Assembly (NCBI GenBank): GCA_046563655.1
Contig: CM102289.1
Location: 7,192,001-7,256,000, forward strand
Length of the DNA: 64,000 nt
From: Yuukianura sp. NJ FZ-2021
Lineage: Eukaryota
Direction: 5' to 3'
Shown: piece after piece, positions 51,511 through 63,145 of the stretch
Layout: every line of letters begins with the position of its first letter
Position numbering within the stretch: position 1 is the first letter of the stretch
The notes under the pieces: model-generated
What the model saw: the letters and a program-made list of their open reading frames with translations, nothing else
What the model was told of the DNA's origin: nothing
Database searches by the model: none
Position numbers and translations under genes: made by a program

Positions 51511-52290
51511 TTAGCACTTTTCTTTCTGGTATTTCACGGTTTCAAAAAACATCGGTCCATCTTTGTCGGCCAATTTCGCATCGCCGAATCCAATGTCTTT
51601 AAAGTGTTTCAAAATCTTCTTCTTGAATTTTTTGTCACCTGACTTGTCCTCAGTCGTTCCAACCCAGAAGAATTGGTCATACCCAAATACGCAATTGTAA
51701 CCAGCCATGTACGTCTTATTATCCGTCTTCGTCACAACAAAGTTAGCACCATCTACAAACATGCACAAGTCGTTTTTTTTAGATTTTCGTGAATTTGGGC
51801 TGGTAGCAATTACAATATAATTGCATATATGGAGAAATACCAATGTCTTACATGGTTTTTGGGCTGATTTTCCGGGAAGGAGTACACAACCTCCGTGTCC
51901 AGCCGGGGAATAAGTGCATTCGAAATCAGAAGAAAATGGCTTCTTGTCCATGTTACCACTTAGCGTGTAGCACACCGTCTTTGGAACCGTTCGACCCTTA
52001 AATGGCTGCCATTTTTCATCACCATCCTCGCAGTTGGTGCAGTCTGAGTGAAATGGAATGTGGAATATTGCGCTTCGAAGCTATAAAAAATATTAGACAT
52101 CATAATTTTTATAAATGGTTTAAAATTTTGAAGGGAACTGAAGGTTTACGATTTAGAAAGAATAGAATTGTAAATTTCTTACAAACTCGTCTGCGACAGC
52201 AGCCTTTTTCTTGGCTTCAATGCAATCCCTCATTCCGTCACTCCATGGCAATACGACGGCCAACAGTCCAAGCGCAATTGCAAACATCAT
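51511..52290 (-). CDS. Secreted Cys-containing lipocalin-like protein, three exons
   Basis: Signal peptide MMFAIALGLLAVVLPWSDG; GT-AG introns at about 52080-52182 and 51753-51851; FVVTKTDNKTYMAGYNC resembles the lipocalin TDY motif; terminal Cys. Confidence 0.6.
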
Positions 52291-53310
52291 TGTTGAATTC
52301 TTTCCTTTCCGGCTGCAAGTCTTTGCTTCCGATCAAAGAAATAAGACTGATGCTAAACGACAACTTCGAGCGCGTACTTAAAGCTTCGTTCGAACAATAG
52401 AAAATAGAGAAGCGGATTTCATCAAGGCTAAACTTATGAAAAACTTAGAAAATATTCTGAGGCGTTAATTAAAATACAATTGAAACGGTTAAGTTAGGTA
52501 ATTTAACCTTGACATGAGTCATATTCAACAAACAACTTTACCGCTGTATTACGATAAGGGAATATTTCCCAACGTCACTTAATTGGATTAAGTTTTCGGC
52601 GCTTAATTTCTACAAAAAAAAATCAAAGTTTTTCCACTTCCGCACAAATTCAAAAAAGATATTCGGCGAATAAGCAAGCGACAGCAGCTAATCAAATCAG
52701 GCGAACCATAATGTAAAGCAAAACTAAGTCCTACTGTTGTTTAGTTTACTAACTGCGCATAACCACTCTGTTTAAGAACAGAATAAGCAACAATGGACTC
52801 ATCTTTCATTACACATTTATGAAATATAACTATTTTCTCAAAATTTGGCAATTTTTTTATGTTTGAAGATTAAAGTTCTTAGGTAAGTCATTTGTATTTC
52901 GATTATTCGATATTATTAATCGTATTAATCCACTCAACAGACGCTGGGATAATATTAACTTATCCGATTATGGCGGTATAGTTGAATTTGACTTGCGTCA
53001 ATTTTTATTTTAACGCCTTCCCGAAAATTTTCTAAGTCCTTGATAATTTAGCCTTGTTGAATTCCGTTTCTTCATTGCGTCATTGTTGGAACCTCATTGT
53101 TTGAACGGGGCTTTATTACAGCGCTCTTTGTCGCTTAGCGGTCTTATTTCTTTGTTCGGAAACTAAGACCTTCAACAAAATTTAAGCGGAAAAGTTTCCA
53201 CTAACCTTTTCATCTTACATTAATGTGAACAAAGGTATCTCACGGTTAGTGCTTTATAGTAATTTCTATAACACCTTTATTTCCTGCAAAACTATCATTT
53301 ACTTAAATAA

Positions 53311-53985
53311 ATGTTTGGTTTGTCTCCAACTTTAGAAATCATAATGAAAGTCGCACGGGCCACACAAAGGAAATTGGAGTTTGATTTTGGAAGATTTTGT
53401 GATCCAATATCTGGAGAGTCAGTTCAAGTCAAAGGAGAATTCCCAATAATTTCATCCCGCTTTGAAAGGATACTTGTACCGGAAGATGTGGAATCCAGTC
53501 GGAAGTTTCTCCAAATTTGGGTGGAACAATTTTTTAAACCGACTTTAAATCCTAAATATATCGAAGATATTGCTAACACGGCTGCAATATTTGTAATCCT
53601 CATTTATCCATTCCAACCTATCGGCAGTCCCAAATTCAATTTGTGTCTTAAGTGGTTCGTCTTCCTATGGATCATAGATGACACTCTGGAATCATGTATT
53701 AGCAACAAAATCATTTCTGAACAAGTATTTACCAACGGTACAACATATCTGTTAGAAATACTTTCAAAAACTACTACAAGTTTCGACGAAGAAAAAGTAG
53801 AAAACTTTCCCTCGTTTCAAGGATTGTTCAATGCTTTTTCTGACATTGTTCAAAACCTTGAAGTATTCGATTCTGCCGACGGAACGAAATTGCATCGATT
53901 TTACTTGTTTTTAAAAGAGTATTTTGAAACTCTGCCTTGCCGGAATAAGATTGATGGCGATCTACCTGAAGAAACGTTTCGGAAA
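53311..53985 (+). pseudogene. Second microbial-type terpene synthase (TPS2), 3'-truncated
   Basis: Homologous to TPS1 (EFDFG..VQVKGEFP..LIYPF) with intact WIIDDTLE; the frame runs into repeat sequence after EETFR, before the NSE motif. Confidence 0.8.
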
Positions 53986-54235
53986 AATTTAGGTTTACCA
54001 CCATAGCTCCGATTTTGATGGTAATTTTTTTGAAAATAGTTGAGTTGAAATATGAAAAAAAAATTTCCGGAAATGAAATTTTGAAAAAAAAAATTTTCAA
54101 TTTTTTTTTGGCTCCGATTTAGCTCAAAATTGGTTTCCCGACTTAAGTCATGCTAAACACGAATATGAAATAATTTTTGTTCTAGGATGACATAACCTGA
54201 GACGAAATCAGTATTGCAAATTGAAACTTTAAAAA
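53986..54235. repeat. Non-autonomous repeat fragment that truncates TPS2 (also at about 59905-59945 and 60025-60315)
   Basis: AGGTTTACCACCATAGCTCCGATTTTGATGG occurs three times; the longer copy ends in the GC hairpin CCGCGCCTTCGGCGCGG near 60295-60311, suggestive of a Helentron/Helitron terminus. Confidence 0.55.
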
Positions 54236-54249
54236 TCCTACACTTTTAA

Positions 54250-54670
54250 TACACTTTGCTGGTCTGGAAATTGTTGTACGGCATAACGCGGAACAAGCGG
54301 TACCTTGCTGGCCGTGTACTACGTGTCATGATCGAACATGTATGTTTCTTAGGTGTAGTGAATTAAACATTAAGCAAATTACAATTATTAAAATTTATAG
54401 GTTAATATAGTAATTATAGTAGTAAAATTATAGTAATGCGGCTAGTCTGGGTTTTTCAAAACGTCTTATAATTCACCAGTTAGTCACAACAGTAAATGCT
54501 AAAGTGACGCTGGGTACTGGACTACTGGAGCTTTTGTGGACATTAAGAATAAAGGCTAGCCTCATACGGTGTGGTTCACAGAACTTAACCGCTAGTGGCT
54601 TGGGAGTATGATTGATGACGGTCTGGCATATGGTAGGAGGACATTCTAAAGACAATGGAATCATTGTTCA
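54250..54670 (+). pseudogene. Degenerate GK5 fragment
   Basis: CGGAACAAGCGGTACCTTGCTGGC..CGTGTCATGA matches 28582-28625; AAAGTGACGCTGGGTACTGGA and CATTCTAAAGACAATG match 29145-29300. Confidence 0.8.
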
Positions 54671-54862
54671 ATACAGTTCATAATAACGACTCAATGTTAA
54701 TTGATTTATGAAGTGACGTTGTACTTTAGTCGTCAAACTAGGTTCCAAGGGTGAAACTTTTTCCAGACTCTATATTTTCTTCATCTCTAGTACAATTTTT
54801 GTCATCAAAGGCTTGTCAGGTTGTTGAAAGGTGCTCGGCAGTTTATTTTTATTGCTGAAATC

Positions 54863-57114
54863 ATGTTCTGGTGGTTGGTATGTGTTTTTATTTGCTTCAT
54901 CTACGTTTTTCGATATCTCATTCTGAACAAAGGATTACCGCCAGGTTAGTTCTGATTAAATTTAAAATTTATGGTTAGGTTTAGGTTCACTTTTGCCTTC
55001 ACTTTTGACCATGAACGTTTTTAGGAATGTTCGGCATAACGTAGAAATTGCATGGATTATTTGGATTTCTTAAACTGGAATCTTTAGGTCCGCCACGCTT
55101 TCCTCTGGTTGGTTCCTTGCCGCACCTGATTTTGGCTGGAGCAAAGTCGCCTCCGGAGGCACTGCGAAAACTCGGACTAAAGTATGGTCCGATCTACACT
55201 ATGGAAATTGGATCCGTACTTTCGTGTAGGTGTTATGTTAAATTTTCAAAAAAACTTAAAGTATGAAACTTTTCCTAAACTTTGAATCATAGTTGTCATA
55301 CATGGTTACGAGCTAATGACAAAAATTGCCTTCTCGGAGGATCTCTTGAGCCGTTCAGACGAAACGGATGTTTTTTTCGCCGAAAAATCAAAATCAGTTT
55401 CACTCGGTAAATTATTCAGAGAAAAAATGGATAATTTCTTTATAAATCTTACTAAAAGAATTGTTTGAAAACTTAGGCTTACTATTTGCCCTTCCTCAAT
55501 TCTGGGGTCAGACTCGTCCAGCCTGTCAAAGAATTTTGAAAAAACATGGATTTACTGCGAAAAGTCAAATGGAACAAAACATCATGGAGGAATTTATCGA
55601 ATTTTGTGATGACTTAAAAAATGGGTGCGATGAAAATGGAACTTTGCGTATCAAACTGACAAACCAATTTACCCAACTTTTTTTGAATATTGCTACAACG
55701 CAAATCACTGGAAAAAAGTATTTAAGCTCCGACTTGCGAACAAAAAGCCTTTTAGAAGCAATGGATGACTTCGCAAAATCTATAGGATTTGGAAGTCATA
55801 TTGTTCATCTGTACCCGAAATTGGCTCACAAATTGCCAAAACTTGTGGGATACAATACTGTAAAAACTTTTTGCGACTCATGGAGGCAAATAACTTCTGT
55901 AAGTTTAACAACAAAAGCAATCTTTTAAGTTTAAAACATAAGATATCTAGTATAATGCTTTAAACTTATTTGAATAACTTGTGTGCAGGAATTTATTCGG
56001 GAAGAGCGTGACCAAATGAAAACTCAGTCGGAGCCAGATAACTTTCTAGCTGAATTTTTGCAAAGAATTGAATCCCCTGATAAAAAGAGTTCAACAGATG
56101 AATTTATATATACGCGTACGTTGTTTCTAATCTGAATTGTCTTAACTATTTTAACACATTTTTTGTACATGGTTCTGGTATATTATATTTTGCGTCTGTT
56201 TTTTTTTATTCAGCGGACAACTTGACTTGTATACTTCAAGACTTACAGTTAGGAGGAACCGAAACGCAGGCGCAAATTGTGAAATATTTTATTCGATTCA
56301 TGTTGTCATTTCCGGATGTCCAAGAGCGTCTTCAAAAAGAAGTTGATGAGGTCATTGGTAAAAATCGATTGGTGACCTGTGATGACATTCCCAAGTCAGA
56401 ATTTTATCTTACCCACACAATTCAAAAATTACTAATAAGCAGGACGCATCAAAAACTATATTTTTGCAGGTTAAGTTATGTTCAAGCGACAATTAACGAA
56501 GTATACAGACTTGGTTGTGCTGTAGTGGCAACTCCAAGAAAGCTTATGAATGATGCCGTTATTGCTGGTTATAAGCTTCCAAAGGTTAACCAAACCTTTC
56601 CATTAAACTTCCAAAGCAAGATGTCAAAAGTTAATCCAAATATTGTGACCTGTTTTCTTGGTTTTTGTGCAGGGATCAACGGTAATATTTAACATTTGGG
56701 CTGCACACAGAGATTCGACTGTATGGAAAAATCCATTGGAGTTTAACCCTGATCGGTTCTTGTCCGAAGATGGCACAACCTTGGTGAATACTGAAAAGAT
56801 TGTTGCATTTGGATTTGGTAAATTAAAATTTAAAAATTTAAAAATATATTAGTAAAGTAAATGAAAATTAAAAAAAAAACAGAAAATTTTATCAATTTAA
56901 AAATGTATTAAAAGGGTATTAAACAATTTCAGGCAAGCGTAGATGTATCGGTGAGAAATTGGCGAAGACGAGTCTCATTCTGGGCATAACAACATTGGTT
57001 CAACAATTTAGTTTTCATTTGGATCCAGTCACTGGAGTCCCTAGTGAGGATGATACCTTTCGATTCACAAGAGGCACGCCTCCATTCTACGTCATCATGC
57101 GCTCTAGAGAATAA
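54863..57114 (+). CDS. Cytochrome P450 (CYP2 clan), copy D
   Basis: I-helix [26 protein letters not shown]-terminus ..VIMRSRE* results from a small deletion relative to copy E. Confidence 0.92.
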
Positions 57115-57294
57115 AATGTTTTGCCAAAAGACTACTCTAATTAATATTTCTAATCTTCAGTGCGTGTTGTAAGCAAAGTCTAACGTCAATTCTTTTTTGA
57201 ATTGTTCATTGCGCACAATCTACATAAGATTGATGTGCTGATACTAACAGGGCTTCCTGTTAAGTTTTCACCAGTTTCTAACGAAACAAACCAC

Positions 57295-57720
57295 GCATGA
57301 ATTGGAAATGGCTTCGCTTACCCTCACACTGCTTTGTGTTGCTGGTTTCTTTCGTGGCAGTAATGTGCTGACAAGAGCGATTAGCTGGGGTTTGACCAAA
57401 TTTGGAAATCATGATGCAAAACAAGCTGGAGAGTTTTCCTATGTTCCAATTTTACCGATTTCATCAAAAATAAGCTGTTTTGTACTGTATTGTTAACAAA
57501 AAGTTTCGAACAGAGTATTAGTTTTGATACTGCTCATGTTTCCCGGACTGTCGTCTAGTTTTGAAAAATATTTGGAAGAGACACCGGAACAAGTCAAAGT
57601 GTCCAATTTTATCTGGTCCAAGAGGTGTTGTTGCGATAGTAAAAGAAAAATTGGAACACAAAATTACAAAGCACGTTGGAAATCAAAATTAAAGAAGAAT
57701 TGGAAACCAAAAGTAACAAT
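57295..57720 (+). pseudogene. Frameshifted 3' fragment of the 49938 GPCR
   Basis: HELEMASLTLTLLCVAGFF..NHDAK..KKFRT matches 50955-51358, with frameshifts. Confidence 0.85.
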
Positions 57721-58200
57721 GAACTGAAAGATTGAAAGTTCGTTAACACAATGAAAAGTAAATTTTCTGCATGTTTTTTAATATGTTTCATCCGGAATCT
57801 TTAATTGAGTGTAAAATGGTTGAGAATTTACACGGTTTTCAGTACCATACAGAGTTCTAGGTAAAATATCGCGGAAAGTTTTGTACTTTTAATTTATTTG
57901 AAAATACATGTTTTATTACCACATATATCGGTGACGATTGAAATCGCAGTTGGTGCAGTCTGAGTGAAATGGAATGTGGAATATTGCGCTTCGAAACTAT
58001 AAAAAATATTAGACATCATAATTTTTATAAATGGTTTAAAATTTTGAAGGGAACTGAAAGTTTACGATGTAGAAAGAATAGAATTGTAAATTTCTTACAA
58101 ACTCGTCTGCTACAGCAGCCTTTTTCTTGGGTTCAATGCAATCTCTCATTCCGTCACTCCATGGCAATACGACGGCCAACAGTCCAAGCGCAATTGCAAA

Positions 58201-58914
58201 TAAACGGTTGTAAACCGGTGTACGTAAGTAGCGAAGATAGCGCCCCCCCGGGGGGAGTGGGGGTGGGTTCCCCCCACTATCCCGCCCCACCCCGGGGGAG
58301 AGGGGGTGGGTTCCCATGGGGGAGTGGAGATGGGGTTCCCCCTGGGGGAGTGGAGATAGGTTCCCCCGGGGGAGTGGAGATGGGGTTCCCCGGGGGAGTG
58401 CAGATGGGGTTCAACGGGGGAGTGGAGATGGGGTTCCCCGGGGGAGTGCAGATGGGGTTCAACGGGGGAGTGGAGATGGGGTTCCCCGGGGGAGTGGAGA
58501 TGGGTTCACCCCGGGTTAGTTGAGATGGGTTCACCCGGGGGAGTGAAGATGAGTTGCGCCCTACCAGGGCCTTAAAGCGAAAAAAGTTGACCTTTGACCC
58601 GGAAGGGGGTCACTTGGGGTCAAGTGATGTACACAAAAGTTGTTGGTCTTGAAGAGACGAACAACTTTTGTATACGCCATTTTCCATGTTACCGGGGATG
58701 AAACCGGTTGACCTTGACCTTTGACCCGGAAGGAGTTGACCCACCGGGATGATATTCAATAGTGAATATCCGCCCGACCTCCGGTGTTCACTAGTGAAAA
58801 CAGATCCCGGAAATGTTGAGCCGTTTCCGAGATAATTGCCGCCGGCGGCCGGCCAGACAGACAGACAGACAGACAGCCAAGGTCGATGCATAAAGTAGCT
58901 TCGCTACTTAATAA
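58201..58914 (-). mobile_element. Helentron-associated non-autonomous element (HINE/DINE-1-like)
   Basis: Subterminal inverted repeats AAGTAGCGAAG (58226-58236) / CTTCGCTACTT (58899-58909), terminal hairpin CGGTT-GTA-AACCG, (GACA)n microsatellite at about 58855-58875; absent from the paralogous site at 52284. Confidence 0.8.
58310..58550 (+). repeat. G-rich minisatellite, unit of about 21-24 bp (GGGGAGTGGAGATGGGGTTCCCC)
   Basis: About ten tandem imperfect copies inside the HINE. Confidence 0.9.
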
Positions 58915-60329
58915 CGTCATTGTTGAATTGTTTCCTTTCCGCCTGCAGGTCTTTACTTCCGATCAAAGGAATAAGACTGATGCTAAACGACAACTTCGAG
59001 CGCGTACTTAAAAGCTTCGTTCGAACAATAGAAAATAGAGAAGCGGATTTCATCAAGGCTAAACTTATGAAAAACTTAGAAAATATTCTGAAGCGTTAAT
59101 TAAAATACAATTGAAACGGTTAAGTTAGGTAATTTAACCTTGACACGAGTCATAATCAACAAACAACTATACCGCTGTATTACGATAAGGGAATATTTCC
59201 CAACGTCACGTAATTGGATTAAGTTTTCGGCGCTTAATTTCTACAAAAAAAATCAAAGTTTTTCCACTTCCGCACAAATTCAAAAAAGATATTTGGCGAA
59301 TAAGCAAGCGACAGCAGCTAATCAAATCAGGTGAACCATAATGTAAAGCAAAACTAAGTCCTACTGTTGTTTAGTTTACTAACTGCGCATAACCACTCTG
59401 TTTAAGAACAGAATAAGCAACAATGGACTCATCTTTCATTACACATTCATGAAATATAACTATTTTCTCAAAATTTGGCAATTTTTTTATGTTTGAAGAT
59501 TAAAGTTCTTAGGTAAGTCATTTGTATTTCGATTATTCGATATTATTAATCGTATTAATCCACTCAACAGACGCTGGGATAATATTAACTTATCCGATTA
59601 TGGCGGTATAGTTGAATTTGACTTGCGTCAATTTTTATTTTAACGCCTTCCCGAAAATTTTCTAAGTCCTTGATAATTTAGCCTTGTTGAATTCCGTTTC
59701 TTCATTGCGTCATTGTTGGAACCTCATTGTTTGAACGGGGCTTTATTACAGCGCTCTTTGTCGCTTAGCGGTCTTATATCTTTGTTCGGAAACTAAGACC
59801 TTCAACAAAATTTAAGCGGAAAAGTTTCCACTAACCTTTTCATCTTACATTAATGTGAACAAAGGTATCTTACGATTAGTGCTTTATAGTAATTTCGGTA
59901 TAATTGAGGTTTACCACCATGGCTCCGATTTTGATGGCAATTTTTTTCAGGAGACAAACCGAACATTTAGTTAAGTAAATGATAGTTTTGCAGGAAATAA
60001 ATTTGGCGTTATAGAAATTACGGAAAAATTTAGGTTTACCACCATAGCTCCGATTTTGATGGTAATTTTTTTGAAAATAGCCTACACCCCCTGAGTTGAA
60101 ATATGAAAAAAAAATTTCCGGAAATGAAATTTTGAAAAAAAAAAATTTTCAATTTTTTTTTGGCTCCGATTTAGCTCAAAATTGGTTTCCCGACTTAAGT
60201 CAAGTATGCTAAACACGAATATGAAATAATTTTTGTTCTAGGATGACATAACCTGAGACGAAATCAGTATTGCGAACTTTAACCAAACCTAACACCGCGC
60301 CTTCGGCGCGGGAAAACATCTTACAGCAA

Positions 60330-60710
60330 AAATAACGCGGAACAAGCGGTACCTTGCTGGCCGTGTACTACGTGTCATGAGCGAACATGTATGCTTCTTA
60401 GGTGTAGTGAATTAAACATTAAGCAAATTACAATTATTAAAATTTATAGGTTAATGTAGTAATTATAGTAGTAAAATTATAGTAATGCGGCTAGTCTGGG
60501 TTTTTCAAAACGTCTTATAATTCACCAGTTAGTCACAACAGTAAATGCTAAAGTGACGCTGGGTACTGGAGCTTTTGTGGACATTAAGAATAAAGGCTAG
60601 CCTCATGCGGTGGTTCACAGAATTTAACCGCTAGTGGCTTGGGAGTATGATTGATGACGGTCTGGCATATGGTAGGAGAACATTCTAAAGACAATGGAAT
60701 CATTGTTCAA
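60330..60710 (+). pseudogene. Second degenerate GK5 fragment (duplicate of 54250-54670)
   Basis: Near-identical to 54283-54670. Confidence 0.8.
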
Positions 60711-60915
60711 TACAGTTCATAATAACGACTCAATGTTAATTGATTTATGAAGTGACGTTGTACTTTAGTCGTCAAACTAGGTTCCAAGGGTGAAACTTTT
60801 TCCAGACTCGATATTTTCTAATCTATATTTTCTTCATCACTAGTACAATTTTTGTCATCAAAGGCTTGTCAGGTTGTTGAAAGGTGCTCGGCAGTTTATT
60901 TTTATTGCTGAAATC

Positions 60916-63145
60916 ATGTTCTGGTGGTTGGTATGTGTTTTTATTTGCTTCATCTACGTTTTTCGATATCTCATTCTGAACAAAGGATTACCGCCAGGTT
61001 AGTTCTGATTAAATTTAAAATTTATGGTTAGGTTTAGGTTCACTTTTGCCTTCACTTTTGACCATGAACGTTTTTAGGAATGTTCGGCATAACGTAGAAA
61101 TTGCATGGATTATTTGGATTTCTTAAACTGGAATCTTTAGGTCCGCCACGCTTTCCTCTGGTTGGTTCCTTGCCGCACCTGATTTTGGCTGGAGCAAAGT
61201 CGCCTCCGGAGGCACTGCGAAAACTCGGACTAAAGTATGGTCCGATCTACACTATGGAAATTGGATCCGTACTTTCGTGTAGGTGTTATGTTAAATTTTC
61301 AAAAAAACTTAAAGTATGAAACTTTTCCTAAACTTTGAATCATAGTTGTCATACATGGTTACGAGCTAATGACAAAAATTGCCTTCTCGGAGGATCTCTT
61401 GAGCCATTCAGACGAAACGGATGTTTTTTTCGCCGAAAAATCAAAATCAGTTTCACTCGGTAAATTATTCAGAGAAAAATTGGTTAATTTCTTTATAAAT
61501 CTTACTAAAAGAGTTGTTTGAAAACTTAGGCTTAGCATTTGCCCTTCCTCAATTCTGGGGTCAGACTCGTCCAGCCTGTCAAAGAATTTTGAAAAAACAT
61601 GGATTTACTGCGAAAAGTCAAATGGAACAAAACATCATGGAGGAATTTATCGAATTTTGTGATGACTTAAAAAATGGGTGCGATGAAAATGGAACTTTGC
61701 GTATCAAACTGACAAACCAATTTACCCAACTTTTTTTGAATATTGTTACAACGCAAATCACTGGAAAAAAGTATTTAACCTCCGACTCGCGAACAAGAAG
61801 CCTTTCAGAAGCAATGGATGACTTCGCAAAATCTATAGGATTTGGAAGTCATATTGTTCATCTCTACCCAAAATTGGCTCACAAATTTCCAAAACTTGTG
61901 GGATACAATACTGTAAAAACTGTTTGCGACTCATGGAGGCAAATAATTTCTGTAAGTTTAACAACAAAAGCAATCTTTTAAGTTTAAAAAAATAAGATAA
62001 TTTAGTATAATGCTAAAACTAAACTTTTTTAAATAACTTGTTTGAAGGATTTCATTCGGGAAGAACGTGACCAAATGAAAACTCTGTCGGAACCAGATAA
62101 CTTTCTAGCTGAATTTTTGCAAAGAATTGAATCCCCTGATAAAAAGAGTTCAACAGATGAATTTATATATACGTGTACGTTGTTTCTAATCTGAATTGTC
62201 TTAACTATTTGTACATTTTTTGTACATGGTTCTGGTATATTATATTTTGCGTCTGTTTTTTTTATTCAGCGGACAACTTGACTTGTATACTTCAAGACTT
62301 ACAGTTAGGAGGAACCGAAACGCAGGCGCAAATTGTGAAATATTTTATTCGATTCATGTTGTCATTTCCGGATGTCCAAGAGCGTCTTCAAAAAGAAGTT
62401 GATGAGGTCATTGGTAAAAATCGATTGGTGACCTGTGATGACATTCCCAAGTCAGAATTTTATCTTACCCACACAATTCAAAAATTACTAATAAGCAGGA
62501 CGCATCAAAAACTATATTTTTGCAGGTTAAGTTATGTTCAAGCGACAATTAACGAAGTATACAGACTTGGTTGTGCTGTAGTGGCAGCTCCAAGAAAGCT
62601 TATGAATGATGCAGTTATTGCTGGTTATAAGCTTCCAAAGGTTAACGAACGCAAGATGTCAAAAGTTAATCCAAATATTGTGACCTGTTTTCTTGGTTTT
62701 TGTGCAGGGATCAGCGGTAATATTTAACATTTGGGCTGCACACAGAGATTCGACTGTTTGGGAAAATCCATTGGAGTTTAACCCTGATCGGTTCTTGTCC
62801 GAAGATGGCACAACCTTGGTCAATACTGAAAAGATTGTTGCATTTGGATTTGGTAAATTAAAATTTAAAAATTTAAAAATATATTAGTAAAGTAAATGAA
62901 AATTAAAAAAAAACAGAAAATTTTATCAATTTAAAAATGTATTAAAAGGGTATTAAACAATTTCAGGCAAGCGTAGATGTATCGCTGAGAAATTGGCGAG
63001 GACGAGTCTCATTCTGGGCATAACAACATTGGTTCAACAATTTAGTTTTCATTTGGATCCAGTCACTGGAGTGCCTAGTGAGGATGATAGCTTTCGATTC
63101 ACAAGATATACGCCTCCATTCTACGTCATCATTCGCAAAAGATAA
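60916..63145 (+). CDS. Cytochrome P450 (CYP2 clan), copy E
   Basis: Near-identical to copy D; heme motif FGFGKRRCIAE; ends ..VIIRKR*. Confidence 0.92.

Larger units (their letters stand above)
57944..58920 (-). pseudogene. Truncated duplicate of the lipocalin-like gene, interrupted by a HINE insertion
   Basis: 57944-58200 is near-identical to 52028-52284; the ATG region is displaced to 58915-58920. Confidence 0.8.

Noticed and set aside
52002..52400. 132-aa plus-strand ORF
   Set aside because: It is antisense to the spliced lipocalin-like gene, whose signal peptide and splice sites are on the minus strand.
57969..58534. Gly/Pro-rich repetitive ORFs (GGVEMGFP repeats) resembling a structural protein
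   Set aside because: They are translations of the G-rich minisatellite inside the HINE insertion, fused to antisense lipocalin-like sequence.
58310..58550. Possible CRISPR-like array
   Set aside because: The repeats are contiguous with no unique spacers, there are no cas genes, and the context is eukaryotic.
1430..58725. Recurrent AGGTCAAAGGTCA (DR1-like) motifs at about 1520, 8838, 30770 and 50404, with variants elsewhere
   Set aside because: They occur in coding sequence, introns and transposons alike, so they look like a genome-wide compositional feature; no specific regulatory claim can be supported.
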